NCBI GenBank assembly: GCA_045862955.1
Contig: BTVI01000012.1
Coordinates: 1 to 64,000 of the forward strand
DNA: 64,000 nt
From: Fimbriimonadales bacterium
GTDB lineage: Bacteria; Armatimonadota; Fimbriimonadia; Fimbriimonadales; JABRVX01
Direction: 5' to 3'
The position numbers and the translations under genes are program-made. Shown one piece after another: positions 18,141 through 28,047 of the stretch (position 1 is its first letter; each line of letters begins with the position of its first letter). The notes under the pieces were generated by a model that saw only the letters and a list, made by a program, of their open reading frames with translations, searched no databases and was not told the origin of the DNA.

Positions 18141-21100
18141 CGCGGACCCACCCTAACCGGGTCGGGTGGGGTCACCGGCCGGCGGACCGGGTTCTTCTTC
18201 AGCGCCGCCAGCATCAGCTCGACGGCCTTATCCAGTTGCGGGTCCTTGCCAACCACCCACGCGTTCGGGTCGCTTTCCACGTCGTAGTCCGGCGACACCC
18301 CGCGCGATTCGATGATCCACCCATCATCCATGGTCCACGCACCATAGTTGGGTATCGCTACGGTGCCGCCATCAGCCAGCGGCCACCCCGGGTCGGAACC
18401 CACCTCGCCGCCCCAGGTACGCCGACCCACCAGCGGGCCGAGTCCCAGCGCCCTGAAGTGGTGGGGGAACTCCTCGCCGTTCGAGCCACTGAACTCGTTG
18501 ATCAAACAGCACATCGGTCCCGGGAAGTAACTGCCCTGCCGCGTCCATGGCTGCGGGTTGTTGCGCGAGTTGAAGTAGGCTACCAGCTTCTCGTTCAGGA
18601 TTCGGATGATGTTCGTCGAAACGTTGCCGCCCCCGTTGAAGCGCACGTCCACTAACAACGCCTCCTTGTTGCGCTGCGGATAGTACTGCTTCAAGAACTC
18701 CGCCATCCCCCATTCCCCCATGTCCGGGATGTGGATGTAGCCGAGTCTGCCGTCGGAGGCCTTCGTGACGTACTCGCGCTGTCGTGCCACCCAGTCGTAG
18801 TAGCGTAGACGCCACTCGGACGCCATCGGCTTTACGTACACGGTCCGTGCGCCCTCTGCGTCGGGCTTGTCGTTCACCCGAACCGCTACCACCTGCCCTG
18901 CCCGTCCTATCAGCGCACCGAACACGTCCGACCCCAGGCGGGCAGGCGTCCCGGCGACCTCGATGAGATACTGCCCCTCTCGTACGTCTACTCCCGGCGC
19001 GGCGAGCGGCGAGCGGTCCCCTTCGCTGAAACCATCCCCACGAAGCACTCGCGTGATCTTGTAGTAGCCGCCGGCATCCGGCTCCACCTCGATGCCGAGG
19101 AACGCAGGCGAGGCGCCTCGGAAGGTGCCACGCGTGTCCCCACCCCACACGCCGATGTGCGAAATGCTCAGCTCGGAGTAGAGGAACCGTATCACCTCGT
19201 TGAGTTCGTCGCGCGAGCGCACGCTGGGTAGCATCCTAGCATACTTCTCCCCAACCGCCGGCCAATCGTTGCCGTGCATGTTGGCAACGTAGAAGTAGTC
19301 ACGCGCGAGTCTCCAAGCGTCCCAATACATGTTTTCCCACTCGGCACGCGGATTGATGCGAAGATGGTAGTTGGCAAAGCTCACACGCCCATCGTCGGCC
19401 TTCGCATCGGTGGCAGTGACATCGATAACTCGCAGATTGGCACCTCGTGCGATCAGCAGCTTCTTGTTATCCGCCGAGACCTGAAAGCTGCCTACGCCCG
19501 TCGTCACGGTCCCCCACTTCTTGTCCTTCAAGTGGTAGTAGTACAACGTGTCGTCCTTCTGAACCAGCACGCGGTCCCCCAACACTGCGAGGTCCGAGTA
19601 GTCGTCTGGTGATATGGGTAGCTCGATCCACCGGTCAGCTATGCCGTCGAGATCGATCTTTGTCTGGGGGGTCTCTTCCTTCTTCTCCTCGTCCTTCTTG
19701 GTTTCGGGGGTAGCTGCAGCCTCCTCGTCGCTCTCTGGCAGCAGCGGGTTCTTCACTTCCTTATTGAGCGGCACGAGGCACACACGCAGCACCTTCTTCG
19801 CGTTCATGTGTCCCTGTACCGAGTCCCATTCCGGCGAGAAGTTGCGGCGCGAGAAGAATGCCAACCACTTACCATCCGTACTGAACACGGCCTGGTAGTC
19901 GTTGGACATCCGTGGCCCGAGTGGTGTGCGCTTGCCAGTCTCGATTTCGTAGAGCACAGGCCACGAGAAGTAGGTCATCCTATCCACGTCGTCGTACACC
20001 AACCACTTGGAGTCGGGTGAGAAGGAGCAGTGTGGTCCTTCCCATCCCGTACCACGCGCCACCTCCACGCTCGTACCATTCTCCACTTGGATCAACTGGA
20101 GACGTGTGAGGTTGTCGGAGAGTGCGATGCGCTTGCCGTCGGGCGACCACTGGATGCGCACCAGTTGCCTTCCGCTGTCGGATGTTAGCTGCTTCGGCTC
20201 GGAACCGTCCGCGTTGGCCACGTACAGCTGTTGCTCCCGTGTCTCGTCCGAGACGTAGGCGATCCTCTTGCCATCCGGCGAGAAAGTGGGCAGGCGGTAG
20301 CGCACGCCGTCCTTCGCCAGTACCGTCCGCACGTCTCCCTCTTTGGCCGGCAGCGAGATGACCTGTCCGCGGGTCTCCACCAGCACCCGCTTGCCGGTGG
20401 GCCCTAGGTGCGCCGAGAACACGTTCCGGTCGGCGGGCGACAGATAAGGCAGCGTGTGCATCAGCTCCGACGAGAGGCGGAACCGCGGCCGCGTCGTCTG
20501 TCGTGTGGCCGGGTCCAGCACCTCCAATCCCGCGCCCTTCTCGTACACCAGCCGCTTGCCATCCGTCTGCAGCCCGCGGATCTCCAAGTCCGATGACGGC
20601 GTCAGGCTCTCGGCATTTCCGCCGGAGGGGGGTACTGCGTACACCGAGAACCGCGCACCCTCGTCGTGCACGAAGCACACCTTCTCACCCACCCAAGCAG
20701 GGTACTCGTTGGAGAAGCGGCTCTCGTACACCTTGCGGAACTTCTTGGCCCGTAGCTCTCCCACCCAGATGTCGTTCTTCTGTCCGCCTTCGTATCGGTA
20801 CCAAGCGGCACCGGCGCGCGCGAAGCGGGTGAAGGCGAAGCGGTTTCCATCGCGCGCGAAGGACACGTGCTGTCCGAACTCCAGTGGGAAGCGCTGGGGG
20901 AAGCCACCCTCCACCGGCACGGTATACAAGCCGTACCAGGCGGGTTGGTTGGAGGTGCGGTACAGCACGCTCTTACCGTCCGGCGTCCAGTCCAACAGCA
21001 ACGCCATCTCGTTGGTGAACGTGATGCGGCGCGGGACGCCCCCTTCGGCAGGCATTACGTACACCTCGCGGATGCCATCGTACTCGGCGGTGAAGGCGAT

Positions 21101-21307
21101 GCTGCTCCCGTCCGGCGAGAAGCGGGCCGCCGACTCGCGTCCTTCGCTGCGAGTCAGGCGCTGCGTCTGACCGGTGGCGATGTCGCCGAGCCATAGGTCG
21201 CCCTCGCAAGTGAAGACGACGCGGTCGCCGTGAATGTCCGGGTCACGCAGGAAAGGCTGGGCGGGTTCCTGAGGCGGAAGGGCGAGCAATAGGAGCGCGA
21301 ATAGCAT
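18137..21307 (-). CDS. Tricorn protease homolog (S41, PD40 beta-propellers, PDZ)
   Basis: Repeated FSPDG; LGYIHIPDM, DVRFNGGG, SGSNGE, GRRTWGG, GVSPD, DPQLDKAV. Confidence 0.95.
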   Translation of the reverse strand: MLFALLLLALPPQEPAQPFLRDPDIHGDRVVFTCEGDLWLGDIATGQTQRLTRSEGRESAARFSPDGSSIAFTAEYDGIREVYVMPAEGGVPRRITFTNEMALLLDWTPDGKSVLYRTSNQPAWYGLYTVPVEGGFPQRFPLEFGQHVSFARDGNRFAFTRFARAGAAWYRYEGGQKNDIWVGELRAKKFRKVYESRFSNEYPAWVGEKVCFVHDEGARFSVYAVPPSGGNAESLTPSSDLEIRGLQTDGKRLVYEKGAGLEVLDPATRQTTRPRFRLSSELMHTLPYLSPADRNVFSAHLGPTGKRVLVETRGQVISLPAKEGDVRTVLAKDGVRYRLPTFSPDGKRIAYVSDETREQQLYVANADGSEPKQLTSDSGRQLVRIQWSPDGKRIALSDNLTRLQLIQVENGTSVEVARGTGWEGPHCSFSPDSKWLVYDDVDRMTYFSWPVLYEIETGKRTPLGPRMSNDYQAVFSTDGKWLAFFSRRNFSPEWDSVQGHMNAKKVLRVCLVPLNKEVKNPLLPESDEEAAATPETKKDEEKKEETPQTKIDLDGIADRWIELPISPDDYSDLAVLGDRVLVQKDDTLYYYHLKDKKWGTVTTGVGSFQVSADNKKLLIARGANLRVIDVTATDAKADDGRVSFANYHLRINPRAEWENMYWDAWRLARDYFYVANMHGNDWPAVGEKYARMLPSVRSRDELNEVIRFLYSELSISHIGVWGGDTRGTFRGASPAFLGIEVEPDAGGYYKITRVLRGDGFSEGDRSPLAAPGVDVREGQYLIEVAGTPARLGSDVFGALIGRAGQVVAVRVNDKPDAEGARTVYVKPMASEWRLRYYDWVARQREYVTKASDGRLGYIHIPDMGEWGMAEFLKQYYPQRNKEALLVDVRFNGGGNVSTNIIRILNEKLVAYFNSRNNPQPWTRQGSYFPGPMCCLINEFSGSNGEEFPHHFRALGLGPLVGRRTWGGEVGSDPGWPLADGGTVAIPNYGAWTMDDGWIIESRGVSPDYDVESDPNAWVVGKDPQLDKAVELMLAALKKNPVRRPVTPPDPVRVGPR

Positions 21308-21489
21308 GGGCTGTCCCTCTCAGATCGACGTTTGGCCTTCCGATTCCTCGCAAATCCCCCGCGTTCCTTGCGCTCCCTGCCGTAGCGCGACGGCCGGCAT
21401 TGGACAAAAACCGCTTCTTGGATTAGAATGGAGGCTGTCATCGCTCGGCTGCGCGCGAGCCGCGCCGCTAGCAAGGAGGAATCGTTGTT

Positions 21490-22269
21490 GTGAAACATCG
21501 TACAGGCTTTACACTCATCGAGCTTCTGGTAGTCATCGCGATCATCGCCATCCTTGCCGCGATTCTCTTCCCGGTCTTTGCGCAGGCGCGCAACGCGGCA
21601 AAGAAGACCGCGTGCATCAGTAACGGGAAGCAGCTCATGGTCGCGCACCGCATGTATTCGGACGAGTTTCAGGGCACGCTGATGGGGGGTCGCACGCATG
21701 GCCTGCCGCCGAACTGGGCAACCGAGATCATGTGGCCCCGATTCCTGCTCCCTTACATGAAAAGTAAGGAAGCCTATCTGTGCCCTGCCGAGCCCAAGAC
21801 GCACTACGCGGACTTAGGCGATGCCGATCGGTACAACAACCGCGGTTGGCTCTCCATCGGCTACAACGCCAGCGTCTCGATCTGGTACTGGACAAACGAC
21901 AACTCGCTGGTTCGGATCAAGCAGAACCAGGTTCGCGTGCCTGCTATGACCGCCATGTTCGCAGATACGATGTCCGGCGACGTGCAGGAAGGATACTACG
22001 GCTACTGTGCGGACAATACCGGCATCAACATTACCGGCGGCTGCAACCTGAGCGACCGCCACGGTGGTGCGAGAACAGCCGCGAACCCCTACGGGCAGAT
22101 CAACGTGCTGCTCTTGGACGGGCACGTGAAATCCTATAGTTGGAACCAGATCAAGGCCGGTCAGGTAAGCGACATGTACCCGGGCTGCAACGCCGAGGAA
22201 GCCAGAGACTTCAACGCTGCCGGCCTCAAGTGGATGCTATGGGGCAAGTGCAAGCACCCGGATAACTAG
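21490..22269 (+). CDS. Prepilin-type N-terminal cleavage/methylation (DUF1559 / H-X9-DG-like) protein
   Basis: [38 protein letters not shown]...N..LLDGHVK; AAGGAGG RBS. Confidence 0.93.
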   Translation: MKHRTGFTLIELLVVIAIIAILAAILFPVFAQARNAAKKTACISNGKQLMVAHRMYSDEFQGTLMGGRTHGLPPNWATEIMWPRFLLPYMKSKEAYLCPAEPKTHYADLGDADRYNNRGWLSIGYNASVSIWYWTNDNSLVRIKQNQVRVPAMTAMFADTMSGDVQEGYYGYCADNTGINITGGCNLSDRHGGARTAANPYGQINVLLLDGHVKSYSWNQIKAGQVSDMYPGCNAEEARDFNAAGLKWMLWGKCKHPDN

Positions 22270-22271
22270 AT

Positions 22272-22466
22272 ATGAAACAAGGAAGTTCGAAGCTGGTACT
22301 GATCGTAGTTCTGGTGCTCGTCATCGTAGCGGCTGCAGCGTATGTGTTCCTCGGCCCCGGGCGTGATGCCTTCGGTTCGGGTCCGCGCGCTCCCGGCGAG
22401 AAGATCGACTTGACGCCTACGCCGGAGCACCCGGCAACACCCGGTGTGGGCGGAGGTGGAAACTAG
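22272..22466 (+). CDS. Small single-TM protein with Pro/Gly-rich tail
   Basis: Starts 2 nt after the prepilin-like gene; one hydrophobic helix. Confidence 0.7.
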   Translation: MKQGSSKLVLIVVLVLVIVAAAAYVFLGPGRDAFGSGPRAPGEKIDLTPTPEHPATPGVGGGGN

Positions 22467-22491
22467 CATCCTCGATTCGTATCATGCGTAG

Positions 22492-22523
22492 ACAGCCCCT
22501 TCTGATGCCGCAGAGGGGGCTGT
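22492..22523 (+). terminator. Stem-loop, probable terminator
   Basis: ACAGCCCCTTCTG-atgccg-CAGAGGGGGCTGT downstream of the two-gene unit; weak U-tract. Confidence 0.5.
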
Positions 22524-22651
22524 AGCTTCTTCATGGATAGTTCCGTCCCAGCATCCGCTGCAGGAGCAGTGGAAGGTTCCTGACGGCGAGTGTGCATCCG
22601 GCGTCCTTCCCAATGGCAGTACCGGAATAGCCGGATGCCGGAGGTGAACGA

Positions 22652-23068
22652 ATGAAGACGCTTTGGGCGATAGCAGTGGTTTCCATGCTCGCGGTCCTCG
22701 CTGGCTGCGGAGGCGGCAGCGGGATGCATGATGCCAACCCTTGGCAGGGGCGCTACGTGGGCGAGTATGAGATGGCCAACGACCATGGCGATCTGGATGT
22801 AGTGATCGACTACCGCGGCAAGATGGAAGGCGAGTGGTTCAGCCGGGTGGATGGAGCCCGTGGTCCACTGTGGGGCGACATCTCTCGCTCGGGTCGCTTC
22901 ACCTTCTACACGAGCTGGGTCACCGCCTACGGACACGGCGAGGTCTGGAACGGCACGCGGGTGCTAATCATAGACGGGTATTCCACGCGCGGCCCAGTGC
23001 AGCCCAAGATTTCCAACCTCAAGAAGGTGGACGATAAGCGGACCTCGGGCGACATAGTTGGCAGCTAG
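22652..23068 (+). CDS. Hypothetical lipoprotein
   Basis: GGAGGTG RBS; lipobox LAGC followed by GGGS. Confidence 0.8.
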   Translation: MKTLWAIAVVSMLAVLAGCGGGSGMHDANPWQGRYVGEYEMANDHGDLDVVIDYRGKMEGEWFSRVDGARGPLWGDISRSGRFTFYTSWVTAYGHGEVWNGTRVLIIDGYSTRGPVQPKISNLKKVDDKRTSGDIVGS

Positions 23069-23116
23069 TACTCCGCGGCATGGCGTTTCGGGCGACGCCA
23101 CGGGCTGCGAGTGCTA

Positions 23117-23989
23117 TCATCGTTGGCGGAGTCGGTCTAGAGTAACGAACTCGAAACCGCGTCTGCGAACAGCCTCGATAAACGCCGCTAAGGTATCCAC
23201 CGTGTCCTGCGAACCGTCATGGAGCAGGACAATCGCTCCGCGCCGCAGAGCCCGGATTTCTCGTCTCATGAGCGCGACATCGCCCGGGTTGGAGTAATCG
23301 GCGGGGTCGTCCGTCCACAGTACCACGGTAAGCCCGAGCGCTGCGGCTGCTCGCAGGGTGGTGCTATTGAAGTCCCCTCCCGGTGGACGGCAATACCTCG
23401 GCCGCACGCCTGTTAGTCGCTCGATGACTCGGTTGTCGGCTTCCCACTCGACCAGCACCTCGTCTTCGCTGAGTTTCGTCAAGTTCGGATGGCTGTAGGT
23501 GTGATTGCCGACTGCATGGCCATCGGCAGCGATGGCCTTCACCAACTCGGGATAGCGTTCTGCCATGAAGCCCACGACGAAGAAGGTTGCGTGGACTCGC
23601 TGCTCTCGAAGGATGCGCAGCAGCTTCGGTGTGAAGCGAGGGTGCGGTCCGTCGTCGAAGGTCAGGGCAACCTCCCAACGCCTCGGATTGCCGGCGCGCA
23701 GGACGTGGCCTCTCAGAGCTTGATTGGACAGCCCTGCGAGACGATGAGCGAGCTGCTGCTGGTCCGCGTAGACCTCCGCCTGTGCACTGCGCCAGTCCGG
23801 GTCGGTGCTGCGAACCCGGGAGGCGTTCATCCGAGCACTGACCGCCGAGCGAGGGGCTGGATCGGATGAGACGGCTGCATTCTTAGGCCTAGTAGGCGTA
23901 TCGGAAAGCGAACAACCTGTCATCAGAGCGACTGCCGCGAGACCTATTACCATGGCAGCTAGTGCGCGGGAGCCTACTTGGGGCGTCAC
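23117..23989 (-). CDS. Polysaccharide deacetylase (NodB family), probable lipoprotein
   Basis: ALTFDDGP, GNHTYSHP, RPPGG, IVLLHDG; lipobox-like MTGC. Confidence 0.92.
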   Translation of the reverse strand: MTPQVGSRALAAMVIGLAAVALMTGCSLSDTPTRPKNAAVSSDPAPRSAVSARMNASRVRSTDPDWRSAQAEVYADQQQLAHRLAGLSNQALRGHVLRAGNPRRWEVALTFDDGPHPRFTPKLLRILREQRVHATFFVVGFMAERYPELVKAIAADGHAVGNHTYSHPNLTKLSEDEVLVEWEADNRVIERLTGVRPRYCRPPGGDFNSTTLRAAAALGLTVVLWTDDPADYSNPGDVALMRREIRALRRGAIVLLHDGSQDTVDTLAAFIEAVRRRGFEFVTLDRLRQR

Positions 23990-23993
23990 GCAG

Positions 23994-24443
23994 TCACCTC
24001 GTGCGCAATTCGAGCTTGTCGGCTATTTGACGCAGAAGCTCTTCCTGACGCTCCAAGCGGTGCAACAGGTTCCGGACCTCGCGCTCCGTCTTCAGGTTCA
24101 CCCGGTAGTCGTTCTCTGCGCGCAGCTCCGCATGCCGTCCCTGAAGGTTCTGGCCTACCATGATCAGTGGCATGAGAAGGATCTGGATCATGTTCGAGAT
24201 GAAGAGCCACAATACGAAAGCCATCGGCGGATCGAAGCGTAGGCTCTTCGGCGCGGACAGATTCCAGCTAAGCCAGAGGAGCGTCCAGGTCGCCACTAGC
24301 AGGAAGAATCCCATGGACCCAACACGCTCCGTTATGAACACTGCAACGCTCTCGAGGACCGAGAGGCTATTCCTGTGCTGTTCGTTTACGTTTACGAAGA
24401 TATGGTCGTTGGCTGGTTGCACTCCCGCAGACCTCGCTACCAT
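23994..24443 (-). CDS. DUF1003 domain membrane protein
   Basis: VGSMGFF, FDPP, PLIMVGQN..GR...RAENDYRVNLK. Confidence 0.85.
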   Translation of the reverse strand: MVARSAGVQPANDHIFVNVNEQHRNSLSVLESVAVFITERVGSMGFFLLVATWTLLWLSWNLSAPKSLRFDPPMAFVLWLFISNMIQILLMPLIMVGQNLQGRHAELRAENDYRVNLKTEREVRNLLHRLERQEELLRQIADKLELRTR

Positions 24444-24610
24444 GCATTGGGTTTCCCTAGCTGTCCAGTATAGCCGAACAGCGCAGGAGGCGGAGTACGG
24501 TGCACGCGCCGGAGCTCGCCCCATGCGGTAAGATGGCCTCAGCGCTCTTGCGGGGCCCTTCCCGTCTGCACGAGCGCTCGAATCCAAGAGAACCCGAGGA
24601 GTTGCCGACC

Positions 24611-25963
24611 GTGACTACGCTCGCTGAGACCTTCGCCCGCTTCGCCTATGAACTGGACTACGCCAGTCTGCCCGAGGAGGCTCGCCACGAAGCCAAGCGC
24701 CGGCTCATCGACTCGCTGGGCTGTGCGATGGGAGCCTACCTCGCTGAACCATCCAGGATAGCCAGGCGTATTGCCCACTCGGTGCGTGGCGGCGCGACGG
24801 TCATAGGCAGTTTCCATCAGACTTCGCCCGACCTCGCCGCGTTCGCAAACGGCGTGCTTATCCGCTATCTGGACTACAACGACACCTATCTTTCGAAGGA
24901 GCCCGCGCATCCGAGCGACAACATTGCGGCACTGCTCGCAGTCGGCGAGCTGGTGGATTGCAGCGGACAGGATTTGATTGCTGCCATCGTCGCATCCTAC
25001 GAGGTGCAGTGCCGGTTGTGCGATGCATTTTCGATCCGCAGCAAAGGGTGGGACCATGTCAACTATGGTAGTTTCTCCACGGTTGCCGGTTGCGGCATGT
25101 TGTTAGGCTTCGAGCCGGAGCAGTACGTGCACGCCTTCGGGCTAGCAGGCGTGCCGAACAACGCGATGCGTCAGACGCGTGTGGGCGAACTGAGCATGTG
25201 GAAAGGCTGCGCGTTCGCTAACGCTTCTCGCAACGGTGTGTTCGCATCGTTACTGGCATCCGAAGGCATGACCGGGCCAGCGCCGGTGTTCGAGGGAGAG
25301 ATGGGCTTCTTCGCACAGGTCTCACACGAACCGTTCGACGTGGCACCGTTGGGTGGCGACGGGTACATGATCAACCGCACCTATATCAAAAAGTATCCCG
25401 CGGAATACCACAGCCAGAGCGCGATCGACGCTGCCCTCGAACTCCGACCGCATATCGAGGACCCATCGCAGATCGAGAGCATTCTGATCGAGACGTTCGA
25501 CGCGGCGGTGGAGATCATAGGCGGAGAGCCGGAGAAGTGGCGGCCTCAGAGCCGCGAGACCGCCGACCACAGCCTGCCTTATTGCACCGTGGTAGCGCTG
25601 GTGGATGGAGAGGTGACGCAGGACAGCTTCGCACCCGCTCGCTTCACCGATGATAGGCTACTGCAGATCGTGGCCAAGGTGCAGGTCAAGGCCGACCCCG
25701 CGCTGAACGCCATGTATCCAGAAAAGGGCATCCCCAACCGTGTGACTGTCACGTTAAAAAACGGAGAGCGGCACGTGAGCGAGGTTGCGGCGCCCCGAGG
25801 ACACGCGCTCAACCCGATGACCGACCAAGAGGTGACTGCCAAGTTCCTGTCTATGGCGACGAAGGTGTTAGGTCCGGCAGAGGTGGACGAAGCGTTGGAG
25901 CGGCTGTGGAGCCTGGAAGACGAGCAGGACCTAACCGATCTGCTCGCGCTGTTTGCAGTCTAG
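24611..25963 (+). CDS. prpD: MmgE/PrpD family protein (2-methylcitrate dehydratase-like)
   Basis: RYLDYNDT, HPSDN, GWDH, LSMWKG, KKYPAEYHSQS, ETADHSLPY. Confidence 0.85.
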   Translation: MTTLAETFARFAYELDYASLPEEARHEAKRRLIDSLGCAMGAYLAEPSRIARRIAHSVRGGATVIGSFHQTSPDLAAFANGVLIRYLDYNDTYLSKEPAHPSDNIAALLAVGELVDCSGQDLIAAIVASYEVQCRLCDAFSIRSKGWDHVNYGSFSTVAGCGMLLGFEPEQYVHAFGLAGVPNNAMRQTRVGELSMWKGCAFANASRNGVFASLLASEGMTGPAPVFEGEMGFFAQVSHEPFDVAPLGGDGYMINRTYIKKYPAEYHSQSAIDAALELRPHIEDPSQIESILIETFDAAVEIIGGEPEKWRPQSRETADHSLPYCTVVALVDGEVTQDSFAPARFTDDRLLQIVAKVQVKADPALNAMYPEKGIPNRVTVTLKNGERHVSEVAAPRGHALNPMTDQEVTAKFLSMATKVLGPAEVDEALERLWSLEDEQDLTDLLALFAV

Positions 25964-25966
25964 TCG

Positions 25967-26542
25967 CTAGCGAGTAGACAGGAGTACGGCACGCACCCAA
26001 GTCGCATCTGCTCCGGGGATACGTAGTGGTAGGGCTATCAACTCGTACTCACCTTCCGGCACATCTGACAGGTGGAGGCTCTCGAGAATGGGGATGCCCG
26101 CACCGAGCAGAGCGCGATGATTGGGATAGGTGTCATCATCCAGGGCATCCACCGACACGAGGTCCAGGCCCACTAGTGGTATCCCTGCGGCAACGAGCCG
26201 CGCTACCAACTCGGCCGGTGGCGCGCCCTCGCCTTCACAGCGAAAAAGCGGACACACCCCGGACGACCATTCACGCCCAAGGAGTGCGCTCCAACTGCTG
26301 ACACGTACCACCTCGGCGGGGCCGATGAAACGATCCAAATGGGGCTCCGGCGCATCGGCAAGGAAGTGTGGGGGCAAGTCTACGTGCGTCCCTGCGTGGG
26401 CGCTGCCGAGCAACACACTTACAGCATAAGGGTCGCCGCGTGCATAGCTATGGACCTCTATGCGTGCAAACGGCAGGTCCCCCGGATAGACCGGTGCAGT
26501 AGCGTCCAGCGGTCGAGTAATATCGAACACGACGTGCGACAC
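25967..26542 (-). CDS. Cyclase-family protein (kynurenine formamidase KynB-like)
   Basis: HAGTHVDLPPHF; ELIALPLRI.GAD..VRAVL. Confidence 0.85.
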   Translation of the reverse strand: MSHVVFDITRPLDATAPVYPGDLPFARIEVHSYARGDPYAVSVLLGSAHAGTHVDLPPHFLADAPEPHLDRFIGPAEVVRVSSWSALLGREWSSGVCPLFRCEGEGAPPAELVARLVAAGIPLVGLDLVSVDALDDDTYPNHRALLGAGIPILESLHLSDVPEGEYELIALPLRIPGADATWVRAVLLSTR

Positions 26543-26544
26543 GG

Positions 26545-27696
26545 CTACGTATTCGCCCTCATCGAAGGCAGAAGCGCATCCACTGCGTCGAAGAAGCGGT
26601 CTACGTCCGCGTCCGTGTTGTAGAAGTGGGGAGAGACGCGAATGCCCGCTCCGACGCGGAAGTCCACATAGATGTTCTCTTTGCGCAGTGCATCGGCTAA
26701 CGCCTGGTCCCCCGGTATCACCAACGAGACCGCGCCCCCGCGTCTCTCGGGCTCCTCCGGGGTGCTCAGCGGAAAGCCCCTCGCTTTAGCCCCAGCGATC
26801 AGCCGGTCCGTCATCCGCAACGAGTTCGCACGAATTGCGCCGATGCCCAGTTCGCCGATGATGTCCAGACCCGGCTCGCACGCGAACAGCCCTGCCATGT
26901 AGTACCCGCCGTTCTGAAAGCGCTGTGCGCCGCCCGTCGGCTCGAACGAGTGAATGTCGAAATCGGCCGCCCTCGCGTGTGCCATCGCTCCCGTCAGCTT
27001 CGGCACCCACTGCTTCGCAAGGTCTGGACGCGCGTACAGGAATCCCGTCCCCGACCCGCCACAGAGCCACTTCGCGCAGCCACCGATGGCGAAGTCCACG
27101 CCCCACTTCTCGCAGCGCACCGGAAGAACACCCACGCTCTGGTACACGTCGAGAACGACGTACGCGCCGACTTCGTGTGCGCGTTGGCAGACCGCCTCTG
27201 CGTCTAGGACGTATCCGTTTCGAAAGAACACGTGGGAGACGGGTACGAAGAGCGTGCGCTCGTCAATCGCAGACAGCAGCTCGTCCATGTCCGGGCCAAT
27301 ACCGTCGCGCAGGGGAACGATGACAACCTCTGCACCGATACGCTCCTGCTGCATGCACAAGTAGGCCTGCGAGGTGAAGCACCCCTCGGTGAACACGATC
27401 TTGTTGCGCTGCGGGCTGGGCTCCACGCAGGACATCGCCACGGCACATGCCAGCGTGCTGTTCATGTGGAAGCTGATCGTGTCCGCCTCGGCCCCGATGA
27501 GCGCGGCGATCTTATCTCCCACTCGCCGCATGATGGAAGGCCCGATCGCCTCCCAATCGGTGTGGAGCCAGTGCTCTGCGTACTCCTTCAGCCGCTCCGC
27601 ACCCAGCACGGGGGGTGCGCCTGCAGAGGCCGTCATCAAGTAGGTGTGTTCCGTCACAGACGGGAATTGGTCCCTTCTATGTCCCGATAGGTTCAT
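26545..27696 (-). CDS. Class V PLP aminotransferase, kynureninase-like
   Basis: LDVYQSVG, GGCAKWLCGG.G, GIRVSPHFYNT; directly upstream of the KynB-like gene. Confidence 0.8.
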   Translation of the reverse strand: MNLSGHRRDQFPSVTEHTYLMTASAGAPPVLGAERLKEYAEHWLHTDWEAIGPSIMRRVGDKIAALIGAEADTISFHMNSTLACAVAMSCVEPSPQRNKIVFTEGCFTSQAYLCMQQERIGAEVVIVPLRDGIGPDMDELLSAIDERTLFVPVSHVFFRNGYVLDAEAVCQRAHEVGAYVVLDVYQSVGVLPVRCEKWGVDFAIGGCAKWLCGGSGTGFLYARPDLAKQWVPKLTGAMAHARAADFDIHSFEPTGGAQRFQNGGYYMAGLFACEPGLDIIGELGIGAIRANSLRMTDRLIAGAKARGFPLSTPEEPERRGGAVSLVIPGDQALADALRKENIYVDFRVGAGIRVSPHFYNTDADVDRFFDAVDALLPSMRANT

Positions 27697-27830
27697 GGCG
27701 TCCTCACCACGATGGACTCCAGTGGCGATTCGACAGTGCTTGCCGGTCGCCTCTTGCCCGCCTGCTGATTTTCGGGACCTCGCGCTATGTGCCCCTGCTG
27801 CAACTTCCACCGAAGTACAATGCGGCACAC

Positions 27831-27905
27831 GCCGGCGTAGCTCAGGGGTAGAGCGCCCGCCTTGTAAGCGGATGGTCAGGGGTTCGAATCCCCTCGCCGG
27901 CTCCA
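27831..27905 (+). tRNA. tRNA-Thr (anticodon TGT)
   Basis: GCCGGCG...CGCCGGC-TCCA acceptor; loop CT-TGT-AA; GGTTCGAATCC. Confidence 0.96.
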
Positions 27906-28047
27906 GCGGTTTGCGCAGCGAGTCGGCTGCGTCCCGCGCCGTAATCGGCAGACCCACACCGCTCGAGATAATCCTTAGGGTATATAAATAAATCGGCGGA
28001 GACGAGGTAGTCTGCGCCACACTCACCGGAAGCAGAGGTGCTTTCCC

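Noticed and set aside
27697..28026. N-terminal extension of the class V aminotransferase ORF
   Set aside because: It runs antisense across tRNA-Thr; the real start is ATG 27696 with a GAGGA RBS
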